NCBI GenBank assembly: GCA_038065955.1
Contig: JBBTPY010000006.1
Location: 7,626 to 71,625 of the forward strand
DNA from: Patescibacteria group bacterium
GTDB lineage: Bacteria; Patescibacteriota; Minisyncoccia; UBA6257; UBA9933
DNA: 64,000 nt
Reading direction: 5' to 3'
Every line of letters starts with the position of its first letter. Position 1 is the stretch's first letter. Made by a program: the position numbers and the translations under genes. The notes under the pieces were generated by a model, which ran no database searches, was not told where the DNA came from, and saw nothing but the letters and a program-made list of their open reading frames with translations. This document shows positions 50,201 through 57,621 of the stretch, one piece after another.

Positions 50201-50794
50201 ATTGCCAAAACGGCTAAAAGCGGCAAGGGTGAAAAGTTAAAAATCGTTGAGTATGCTATTCCCCGAACCGCCGCGATTTTCGTCAAACTAAAAGACCGCG
50301 TTTCAAAAGGCGACCAGCTCTGCGAAGGCAGTCTCGACCTTCACGAACTTTTTGAATTCAAAAACAAAGAAGCGGTTGAGCATTATGTTATTAATGAAAT
50401 TCAGAAAATTTATATTTCAGAGGGCAGCGGAATAAGCGATAAGCATTTGGAAATTATTTTAAGGCAGATGTTTTCCCGGGTGATGATTAAGGATTCGGGC
50501 GATACGCATTTTGTCGCCGGCGAAACGATTGAAAAATCTAAATTTTTGGAAACTAATCGGCAGATGAAGGCGAAGAAAAAAAATCCGGCCAAAGCAAAAC
50601 AATTGTTAATGGGTATTACTAAGGCGTCTCTTTCCACGGAAAGCTTCCTTTCTTCGGCCAGTTTTCAGGAAACGGCCAGAGTTTTAGTGATGGCTGCCAG
50701 CGAAAGTAAAGTGGATAAACTTCGCGGTTTGAAAGAAAATGTGATTATTGGCCGATTAATTCCGGCCGGCACCGGATATAAAAAAGTTGACTAA
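47246..50794 (+). CDS. rpoC: RNA polymerase beta' subunit
   Basis: KPETINYRT, Zn finger, NADFDGD, GEPGTQLT, GLKENVIIG. Confidence 0.98.
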   Translation: MDFNAIKIQIASPEKILSWSRGEVLKPETINYRTQRPEKDGLFSERIFGPTKDFECYCGKYKKIRYKGVVCDRCGVEVTRSSVRRERMGHIKLASPVTHIWFLRSVPSRIGVFIDAPIQKLTRVVYYAAYIITAVNEENRNKYLQEIKKELKSKKQSIEKERLKELDEAASAAESALESLAVGRVINETEYHNLTKRFSGAFEAQNGAEAIYNILKSVDLKKETAKIEKELEGVKDAGRHKKLLFKLKICRSFIKNDLRPEWMVLAVLPILPPELRPMVALEGGRYATSDLNDLYRRVINRNNRLKKLMEIKAPEVIIINEKRMLQEAVDALIDNSARLGSQQQLSSRRRPLKSLADILKGKQGRFRQNLLGKRVDYSGRSVIVVGPELNLDECGLPKKMALELFKPFIISKIIERNMAYNIRNANRLIEAAGSEIWAILEEVIKDKKVLLNRAPTLHRLGIQAFKPVLVEGLAIRIPPMVCSAFNADFDGDQMAVYLPLSSEAQKEAEELMLASNNIVKPATGDPIAQPTQDIILGCYSLTRLIREDDQEKVKAFSTYEEAIMANNLGYLKFNEPIKMFLDKASIETSVGRLIFNKVFPADFGFVNKTMNKKELGKLLSEMIDKYGIKNISKTLDKIKSLGFKYSTISGVSWGMDDLTIPKDKKKIIAAAEQEENLIKQQYEEGLLTDFERHARVIGIWDKTKEAIAKLVPQAINPIGSVYSIIDSGSRGSWKQPVQMMGMKGLVANPQGETIELPIKSSYKEGLSVLEFFINTHGARKGLTDTALKTAQAGYLTRRLVDVAQDLIIREEDCGATEGIEINRLEGEEYGYSFAQRIFSKTALDDIKDGNKILVSAGKIIDRKAVEAIERAKIEKISARSPLTCKTLYGICSKCYGLDLGRLEPVKLGEAVGVIAAQSIGEPGTQLTLRTFHTGGVAGLDITHGLQRVQELLEVRIPKGKAFMAEADGVIEDIEERKGMKIIKLKIAKTAKSGKGEKLKIVEYAIPRTAAIFVKLKDRVSKGDQLCEGSLDLHELFEFKNKEAVEHYVINEIQKIYISEGSGISDKHLEIILRQMFSRVMIKDSGDTHFVAGETIEKSKFLETNRQMKAKKKNPAKAKQLLMGITKASLSTESFLSSASFQETARVLVMAASESKVDKLRGLKENVIIGRLIPAGTGYKKVD

Positions 50795-50815
50795 ATTTTA
50801 TAAAAACACTAAACT
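50787..50815 (+). promoter_or_regulatory. Sigma70 promoter for rpsF-ssb-rpsR
   Basis: TTGACT-17 nt-TAAACT. Confidence 0.6.
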
Positions 50816-50826
50816 CTAAAATACTA

Positions 50827-51252
50827 ATGGATAAAGAACAAAAAAATTACGAAATCAGTTTTTTAGCGAAAGGGGATAAGGATAATGGAGAGATAATTGA
50901 AGCGTTAAAAAAACATCAAGCTTTAATTACCGGCGAAGACAATGTTTTAAGGGTTAAACTGGCTTATCCGATTAAGAAAGAAGAATCCGCTTTTTTCGGT
51001 TGTTTTCGTTTTTCCGCAGCGCCGAATATAATTAAAAAAGTCAGCGATGAATTGAATTTTAATCAAAAGATTTTAAGATTTTTAATTATTACTCCGCCGA
51101 TTGCCAAATTAGCGGCCGTTTCGGCGCCGAGAATGAGAAGACCGGCTTTATTTAAAGAAGCGGAGAAAAAAATCGAAATTAAAAAGGCGGAACCTCAGCA
51201 GATTTTAACAAATGAAGAATTGGAGAAAAAATTGGAGGAAATATTGAAATAA
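50827..51252 (+). CDS. rpsF: 30S ribosomal protein S6
   Basis: YEISF, LAYPIKK, ILRFLI; rpsF-ssb-rpsR order. Confidence 0.92.
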   Translation: MDKEQKNYEISFLAKGDKDNGEIIEALKKHQALITGEDNVLRVKLAYPIKKEESAFFGCFRFSAAPNIIKKVSDELNFNQKILRFLIITPPIAKLAAVSAPRMRRPALFKEAEKKIEIKKAEPQQILTNEELEKKLEEILK

Positions 51253-51253
51253 T

Positions 51254-51697
51254 ATGAATTTAAATAAAGTTTTTATAATCGGTAATTTAACGAGAGATCC
51301 GGAATTGCGGATGTTGCCTTCCGGGGCGCCGGTTGTTTCTTTTGGAGTGGCGACTAATCGGATTTGGAAAAATCAGCAAGGTCAGAAACAAGAAGAGGTT
51401 CAATTTCATAATGTGGTGGTGTTTGGCAGGCAGGCGGAAATTGCCAATCAATATCTTTCCAAGGGCAGAATGGTTTTTATTGAGGGCCGGATTCAGACAA
51501 GAGATTGGGAAGGAAAAGACGGCGTAAAAAGGAGTCGGACGGAAATAATCGCCGAAAGAGTCCAATTTGGTCCGCGTCCCGGAGGTTTTAACCAAAAAGA
51601 GGAAGGGGCGCCGAAAGAACAGCCGTCTTTTAAAAATGAACTTCCGGAAATCAATATTGAAGAAGAAGAAATAAAAACGGAAGATTTACCGTTCTAA
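51254..51697 (+). CDS. ssb: Single-stranded DNA-binding protein
   Basis: NKVFIIGNLTRDPELR, IEGRIQTRDW, DLPF tail. Confidence 0.97.
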   Translation: MNLNKVFIIGNLTRDPELRMLPSGAPVVSFGVATNRIWKNQQGQKQEEVQFHNVVVFGRQAEIANQYLSKGRMVFIEGRIQTRDWEGKDGVKRSRTEIIAERVQFGPRPGGFNQKEEGAPKEQPSFKNELPEINIEEEEIKTEDLPF

Positions 51698-51703
51698 AAA
51701 ATT

Positions 51704-51901
51704 ATGCAGTGTTTCTTTTGCTCGCAAAATTTAAAAATGATTGATTATAAAGAGCCGATTTTTTTAAAGCGGTTTATTTCAGCGCAGGCAAAAATTATTG
51801 ACCCGAAACACACGGGAGTCTGCGCCAAGCATCAACGAATGCTGGCTCAGGCCGTTAAAAGAGCGAGATTTATTGGACTTTTGCCATTCGTCGGTAAATA
51901 A
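51704..51901 (+). CDS. rpsR: 30S ribosomal protein S18 (Zn-binding form)
   Basis: CFFC, IDYK, TGVCAKHQR, RARFIGLLPF. Confidence 0.96.
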   Translation: MQCFFCSQNLKMIDYKEPIFLKRFISAQAKIIDPKHTGVCAKHQRMLAQAVKRARFIGLLPFVGK

Positions 51902-52431
51902 TGGACCTTTATTTTTTTAAACTTATTAATAGTTTAGCCGGCCGCTTATGGCCGATTGATTGGTTCGCGGTTTTTTTTGCCGATTATTTCGGATACTTTT
52001 TGATTTTAATCGTTTTAATTTTATTTTTAAGGGAAAAAAATTGGAGAAAACGGATTTATTTTTTTTCTTTAGCCTTTATTTCATTGATTTTATCGCGGGG
52101 GATTATTACGGAAATAATCAGATTTTTTTATGAACGGCAGAGACCGTTTTTGTTTTTAGGATTTCAACCGCTATTAGACTATGTTCAAAACGGCTCTTTC
52201 CCTTCGGGACACGCGGCGTTTTTTTTCGCTTTGGCTTTAACGGTTTTTTATTTTAATAAATTATGGGGATGGCGTTTTTTGGCGATGGCAACAGTTATTT
52301 CTCTGGCTAGGATTTTTGTCGGCGTTCACTGGCCGTCCGATGTTTTAGCCGGCGCTTTCATCGGATTGGGGAGCGTTTTTCTGATAAGGCAAATTTTGCC
52401 GGCGTTGGAAAAATTGCCGTCGGAAAAATAA
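51901..52431 (+). CDS. PAP2-family undecaprenyl-pyrophosphate phosphatase
   Basis: RQRP, SFPSGH, ARIFVGVHWPSD. Confidence 0.9.
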   Translation: MDLYFFKLINSLAGRLWPIDWFAVFFADYFGYFLILIVLILFLREKNWRKRIYFFSLAFISLILSRGIITEIIRFFYERQRPFLFLGFQPLLDYVQNGSFPSGHAAFFFALALTVFYFNKLWGWRFLAMATVISLARIFVGVHWPSDVLAGAFIGLGSVFLIRQILPALEKLPSEK

Positions 52432-52433
52432 TA

Positions 52434-52455
52434 GCCCCAACAACTTGGTTGGGGC
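52434..52455. terminator. Hairpin between convergent genes
   Basis: GCCCCAAC-6 nt-GTTGGGGC. Confidence 0.55.
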
Positions 52456-52461
52456 ATGAGT

Positions 52462-52743
52462 TTAAGAGGCATGGGCAAGTTCTTTTAATTTGTGTTTTTC
52501 AAGGTGGTCGCAAAATGTTTGGATATCATTTTCCGTTTCAGTGGCGCTGATATTGTGCGTTTTTAATTCGTTCAACAAGTTGTGTAGTCTGGATTTATAT
52601 ATTTTACATAAATCGCAATTGCTGTAAAAATCTCCACAATTTGATATTATTCGATAGAGAAGGAATGCGCAAGCTTGTTTTGGGGTCAGATTTTTTTGCT
52701 GCACCTTTACTAAAATACTTCCGATACTTAAGGAAATTTTCAT
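52462..52743 (-). CDS. Orphan Cys-containing hypothetical protein
   Basis: 93-aa ORF preceded by strong SD AAGGAGGTG. Confidence 0.65.
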   Translation of the reverse strand: MKISLSIGSILVKVQQKNLTPKQACAFLLYRIISNCGDFYSNCDLCKIYKSRLHNLLNELKTHNISATETENDIQTFCDHLEKHKLKELAHAS

Positions 52744-52865
52744 ATTACACCTCCTTTGTGAATATTCTATTTGAATTATAGAGTATGCGAATAAATTTGT
52801 AAAATTCAATTTATTATATTATATTTAATTTAAAGGTCGGAATATTTTTAGAAGCAATATATAAG

Positions 52866-53051
52866 ATGAGTTTTAATCAAAGTCAAGGTCCTCGCCAAAT
52901 GTTTGAAGGCGATTGGAAATGCTCTAAATGCGGAGCTCAAATTAAACAGCTTCCTTTTGAGCCGGATCCGGCCCGTATCGATAAGATTTTATGCCGAGAT
53001 TGCCATAGAGAACGAGCCCAGTCTTTCCGTCGCTCTTCGTTTGACAGATAA
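52866..53051 (+). CDS. CxxC-x17-CxxC-type small zinc protein
   Basis: RQMF..WKCSKCG..I..LPFEP....ILCRDCH. Confidence 0.85.
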   Translation: MSFNQSQGPRQMFEGDWKCSKCGAQIKQLPFEPDPARIDKILCRDCHRERAQSFRRSSFDR

Positions 53052-53057
53052 GAAAAG

Positions 53058-53103
53058 ACAAACAAAAACAACCCCTCAATATTGAGGGGTTGTTTTTGTT
53101 TGT
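53058..53103. terminator. Perfect 46-bp palindrome, probable bidirectional terminator
   Basis: ACAAACAAAAACAACCCCTCAAT|ATTGAGGGGTTGTTTTTGTTTGT between convergent genes. Confidence 0.8.
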
Positions 53104-53104
53104 G

Positions 53105-53185
53105 TGCCCGGGGTGGGAGTCGAACCCACATGCCTTGCGGCACACGATTTTAAGTCGTGCGTGTAAACCATTCCACCACCCGGGC
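53105..53185 (-). tRNA. tRNA-Leu(TAA)
   Basis: GCCCGGG acceptor, CACGA-CT-TAA-AA-TCGTG, variable arm, GGTTCGACTCC. Confidence 0.95.
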
Positions 53186-53216
53186 ATATTTATAACTAAT
53201 AATTAACTACTAACAG

Positions 53217-53288
53217 AGGCCTGGGGGAGAATTGAACTCCCGTATAAGAGTTTTGCAGACTCTTGCCTTACCACTTGGCTACCAGGCC
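53217..53288 (-). tRNA. tRNA-Cys(GCA)
   Basis: GGCCTGG acceptor, AGAGT-CT-GCA-AA-ACTCT, U73 discriminator. Confidence 0.95.
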
Positions 53289-53333
53289 CGTTCCCGTATT
53301 ATATTTCGTGAATAGTTAAAAATCAAACAAGTA

Positions 53334-54872
53334 TTATTTCCAAATCAAGCGGTCTCCTTCGGAGATAATCGTATCGGATTCAATAAAAAGGCCACATTCT
53401 TCATTTGCCGAAATCTGGCTGATTTCGCGCTTATGCTGTCTTAAACTGACGACTTTTCCAAATCCCGCTTTTTCATTATTTTTTATAATTTCAAATCGGG
53501 AATTATTTTTGATGACGCCGGAGAGCGCGCGGCCGCCGACAAGCTGTTCTTTATTTTTCCGGCTGAAAATTTTTAAGACTTCAAATTCGCCAAGCGGCTT
53601 CGGTTTTTCCAATAACTTAACTTCATTTTCCACGGCTTCTATCAATTCGTATATGATATTTGAGATAATGATTTTAATTTCCTGAATTTTAGCCAAATTT
53701 TCGGCGATTTTATTGACTTTAGTTCCAAATCCGATAATGAGCGCTTTGCCGGCAATAGCCGTTTTAATGTCACCGTCGGTTATTTCTCCGATTGATTCGT
53801 TTAAGATGTTTATTTTTACGCCTTCATGTTTAATGTTTTTAATAATTTCCGATAAAGTTTCAAGCGAGCCGGAAGTATCGGCTTTGATAACGAGATTTAA
53901 TATTATTTTCGAATTTTCACGAACTAGTTTAACGGCAGAATTGGAAATTTGCGTGATTGGCGACAGATTCGCGTCAATTTGCGAACCAGTGAAAAATTCT
54001 TCTCCGATTTGAGGTAAAGTTTCAAATCCTAAAATTATTGCCGGGCTTGATGGCGAAAGTTCATCAATAGTTTTGCCTAAAAAATTCGTTAAATTTTTAA
54101 TTTTTCCGACGGCGCTTGCCGTGAAGATTTTTTCGCCGGTTTTCAAAATGCCGTTTTCAATAATAACGCTGGCGACAATTCCGCGATTAGGGTTGATTTT
54201 GGTTTCAATAATAATGCCGCTGGCCGGGACATTGGAATCGTAAGTTAAATTTTCTAATTCCGCGGCAAGCAAAATTAAGTCCAAAAGTTCGTTAATGCCT
54301 TGGCCGGTTTTAGCGGAAATCGCCTGCCAGGAAATATTGCCGCCAAATCCTTCAAGTAAGATGCCGTTTGCCGTTAAATCCTGTTTTGTTTTTTCAATAT
54401 CGGCGCTCGGTTTGTCTATTTTATTAATGGCGACAATAAACGGCGTTTTGGCCGCATTGAGAATTTCAATTGATTCTTTAGTTTGCGGTTTGACGCCATC
54501 GTCAGCCGCTACGACTAAAATTGCCAAATCGGACACTTTGGCGCCTCGGGCGCGCATTTTTGAAAAGGCCTCGTGGCCGGGCGTGTCTATGAAAGTGATT
54601 TTCCTGCCTCCGGCAGGCGCGGAACTACGCGGACTTAACGCAGACCCACGCGGAAATTCTGCGTTGTTCTGCGTCTGTTCTGCGTCTATCCGCGATTCAT
54701 GCGAAGCATGAATAATCTCGTAGGCGCCAATGGATTGGGTAATGCCGCCGGCTTCTTTGGCCACAACGCCGGTTTTGCGGATATAATCCAAAAGACTGGT
54801 TTTTCCGTGGTCAACATGTCCCATTATAACAACAATCGGAGGGCGCGGTAATAAAGTTTGAGTTTTTTTCAT
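53334..54872 (-). CDS. infB: Translation initiation factor IF-2 (short form without N-terminal domain)
   Basis: RPPIVVIMGHVDHGKT, GGITQSIGAY, DTPGHEAF, NKID, ECG. Confidence 0.96.
   Translation of the reverse strand: MKKTQTLLPRPPIVVIMGHVDHGKTSLLDYIRKTGVVAKEAGGITQSIGAYEIIHASHESRIDAEQTQNNAEFPRGSALSPRSSAPAGGRKITFIDTPGHEAFSKMRARGAKVSDLAILVVAADDGVKPQTKESIEILNAAKTPFIVAINKIDKPSADIEKTKQDLTANGILLEGFGGNISWQAISAKTGQGINELLDLILLAAELENLTYDSNVPASGIIIETKINPNRGIVASVIIENGILKTGEKIFTASAVGKIKNLTNFLGKTIDELSPSSPAIILGFETLPQIGEEFFTGSQIDANLSPITQISNSAVKLVRENSKIILNLVIKADTSGSLETLSEIIKNIKHEGVKINILNESIGEITDGDIKTAIAGKALIIGFGTKVNKIAENLAKIQEIKIIISNIIYELIEAVENEVKLLEKPKPLGEFEVLKIFSRKNKEQLVGGRALSGVIKNNSRFEIIKNNEKAGFGKVVSLRQHKREISQISANEECGLFIESDTIISEGDRLIWK
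54603..54695. repeat. Palindromic CGC(G/A)GA repeat inserted in frame in infB
   Basis: 4 forward plus 4 inverted units; adjacent CCTGCC-TCC-GGCAGG mini-palindrome. Confidence 0.85.
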
Positions 54873-54958
54873 AGCCTTGTAAAATTAACATAGAAAATCA
54901 GGTAAAACAAGATTTTATCTTGATTATTAATTCATAATTCATTATTCTTATATTTTAT

Positions 54959-55048
54959 GGAGGCGTGGCTGAGCGGTTTAAAGCAGCATCCTGCTAAGAT
55001 GTTGAGGGAGCAATCCTTCCGAAGGTTCGAATCCTTCCGCCTCCGCCA
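54959..55048 (+). tRNA. tRNA-Ser(GCT)
   Basis: GGAGGCG acceptor, GCATC-CT-GCT-AA-GATGT, long variable arm, encoded CCA. Confidence 0.95.
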
Positions 55049-55056
55049 AATTGGAA

Positions 55057-56055
55057 ATGTACGAACTTTATTTTAATATTCTTTTAATTGCAGTCGGGAT
55101 TTTTGCGCTTATTAAATCCGGCGCTTATGTCGTTAAGGCGTTAATTAATATCGCTCATTTTTTAAAAATATCCGAATTCACGCTTTCTTTTATTTTGATG
55201 GCGGCCGCCACTTCGCTCCCGGAATTAGGCATCGGATTGAACGCCGCTTTCAATAATACGCCACTTATTTCTTTGGGGAATATTTTAGGAGCCAACATTT
55301 TGGTTTTAAGTTTGATTTTAGGAGCGATGATTTTAATTGAAGGCAATTTGACGCTGAAAAAACATTCGCCGGCCCATTCCAGTTGGTTTAATTTTTTTCT
55401 GGCAATTTCGCCGGTTATATTATTGATTGACGGCGATCTTTCGCGGTTTGACGGCTTGATTTTAATCGCGCTTTTTGTTTTAAATTTAGGCAGACTTTTG
55501 AAATTTCGGGAGATTTTTAATCATCATCGTGTCAAGCATTTCTTGAATGGAGATGAACATCGGCTGGCTGATTTAAATACAAGTTTTTTTTTAAAAAATT
55601 TATTTATTTTTATTCTGGCAATCGGCGTTTTGCTGTTATCGTCTTATTTAATAGTTAAAGGAGTGGAAATATTTTCTTTGAAATTGGGAATACCGGAAAT
55701 ACTGATAGGAATTTTTATTGTCGCTTTGAGCACGACTTTGCCGGAATTGTCGTTCGGTATCAAGGCGATTTTAAGCCGGCGCAATGAGATGTCTTTGGGC
55801 AATCTTTTAGGGACGGTCGTTTTTAATTCAACGCTGATTCTGGGAATTGTTTCCTTAATCAGTCCGATAAGAATAGAGAATGGCGTTTCTTTTTGGGTTA
55901 GCGCCGGAGTTATGATTTTGATAATTTTTTTGGCAAATTTATTTTTGAAAACTCGCGATTCGCTCAATCGTCTGGAAGGATTATTATTGATTTTGATTTA
56001 TTTTGTTTTCGCGATTATATCTTATGTTTTGGCGTTACCCAAAATCCCAGTCTGA
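55057..56055 (+). CDS. Sodium/calcium exchanger (CaCA, YrbG-like)
   Basis: Alpha repeats ATSLPEL...GNILGAN and STTLPEL...GNLLGTVVFN. Confidence 0.9.
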   Translation: MYELYFNILLIAVGIFALIKSGAYVVKALINIAHFLKISEFTLSFILMAAATSLPELGIGLNAAFNNTPLISLGNILGANILVLSLILGAMILIEGNLTLKKHSPAHSSWFNFFLAISPVILLIDGDLSRFDGLILIALFVLNLGRLLKFREIFNHHRVKHFLNGDEHRLADLNTSFFLKNLFIFILAIGVLLLSSYLIVKGVEIFSLKLGIPEILIGIFIVALSTTLPELSFGIKAILSRRNEMSLGNLLGTVVFNSTLILGIVSLISPIRIENGVSFWVSAGVMILIIFLANLFLKTRDSLNRLEGLLLILIYFVFAIISYVLALPKIPV

Positions 56056-57580
56056 ATTTTCCCGAAAGCGCAAGCCGCGTTTGCGCTTCAAGAGCCGGCA
56101 GGGCGCCGAAGATAATCATCGTCAACATAAGCAGAGGCCATTGGAAAATCATTAAAAGATATTTGTGTTTGCCGTAATTTTTAGGAAGCGGCGGCAAAAT
56201 TACCATCGTTAAATAAGCGGAAGTAACGATGCCGACCATTGAAAAAGTCATCAGCCATCTTGTGATTTGAGGGAGATTATACGCCAAAAGAGTTTGCTTG
56301 AATGCTTCTCCTCCCAGAACCAGCGGCATCCAGCCGAGAAAAAAAATAATTAAAGCGTTTGTTGACCAGGACCAGACGCCTTCAATATAGACGAAGCTGT
56401 AGCGGATTTTTTTATAAAGCGGAATCTTTTTGTTTTTTAAAAAGCCGAATAGAAAATAAGGGATATTTTCAGCGCCCCAAGCCCAGCGTCTTTGCTGTTT
56501 ATATAAATTTTTCATCGTTTGCCAAAAAGTTGGCGCCGCGTTGGCGTCCATTTTTATGGGATAATAAATGGGGATAACGCCGTAATTTCCGTTGTGCCGA
56601 AGCAGACATTGCCAGAAAATTCGCGAGTCTTCGCTGACCATATTTTTCTGCCATAAATCAACGTTGACCAGCGCCTGAAACGGCATTGAATGGGAAGAAA
56701 AAGTGGTAAGCCGTTCGGCTCTTTCTTGTTGAATTGTATGCCAAAAAGTGGCGGAAAACGCGACTACGCGAGCGAGCGCCGGCGCCTGCCAAATGTTATT
56801 AACGTAAAATGGCACCGGCTGATAACTGAAATTCTGGGGATTGGGCGTGTTTAAATAAATATAAGTCAATCGGCTGAAATAATCGGGGAAAATAACGGTG
56901 TCAATGTCAAAAGCCGAGACGATGATTTTATCATAAGGAATTTTCAATGCGTCAATGATTTTTTCTCTGGTTTCTTTTCCGGCGAACGCGATATTTGATC
57001 CTTTGCCGGGAATTTCATCGAGTAAGTCTTTTGGATGGATGGTGATTAAGAATTTGAAAAATTGAGAACCGAATTCTTTTTTAATTTTTTGAGTAATTTC
57101 TAAAATTGATTCGCCGGCGCGCTCTTCGGCCGCCAAAACGACAATTATTTTATCTTTCGGATAATTAACCGGAATTAAACTTTTTACCGATGCGCGGATA
57201 GTTTCTTCGGATTCGTTGTAAAAAGGCAAAATAATTAAATGATAAATATCTCGCCAATTTTTGTTTATAGTTTGCAGTTTGTAATTAGCAGTTAATTTTT
57301 CCAGCCAATTTATTTTTAAATTTTCTTTAATTTTTTTAAATGCCGAGCGCAGGTGCAGAGAAAGATAAATTGTTTTTAATAGCCAATAAACATCAAAGGC
57401 GATAATAAAAAAAGCCGTAAAAACCGGAGCGAAATAAGATAAAGCGAAAATCCCTAAAAGTGTTGACCAAGCCAATGTTCCTGGCAAAATTTCCAAAAAT
57501 CTGTATATTATCCGTTCTTTGGGGATAATTAAGTCTTGCGACGAGCCGATTTTGGTGTAATAATATTCTTTAGGAAGCAT
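56015..57580 (-). CDS. Membrane family 2 glycosyltransferase (processive type)
   Basis: LPFYNE, GKGSN, DID, SED, QQRRW; flanking TMs. Confidence 0.88.
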   Translation of the reverse strand: MLPKEYYYTKIGSSQDLIIPKERIIYRFLEILPGTLAWSTLLGIFALSYFAPVFTAFFIIAFDVYWLLKTIYLSLHLRSAFKKIKENLKINWLEKLTANYKLQTINKNWRDIYHLIILPFYNESEETIRASVKSLIPVNYPKDKIIVVLAAEERAGESILEITQKIKKEFGSQFFKFLITIHPKDLLDEIPGKGSNIAFAGKETREKIIDALKIPYDKIIVSAFDIDTVIFPDYFSRLTYIYLNTPNPQNFSYQPVPFYVNNIWQAPALARVVAFSATFWHTIQQERAERLTTFSSHSMPFQALVNVDLWQKNMVSEDSRIFWQCLLRHNGNYGVIPIYYPIKMDANAAPTFWQTMKNLYKQQRRWAWGAENIPYFLFGFLKNKKIPLYKKIRYSFVYIEGVWSWSTNALIIFFLGWMPLVLGGEAFKQTLLAYNLPQITRWLMTFSMVGIVTSAYLTMVILPPLPKNYGKHKYLLMIFQWPLLMLTMIIFGALPALEAQTRLALSGKFRLGFWVTPKHKI

Positions 57581-57621
57581 TTTTACAGTTTATCATATTA
57601 TTATAATTTTTAATTTTTAGC

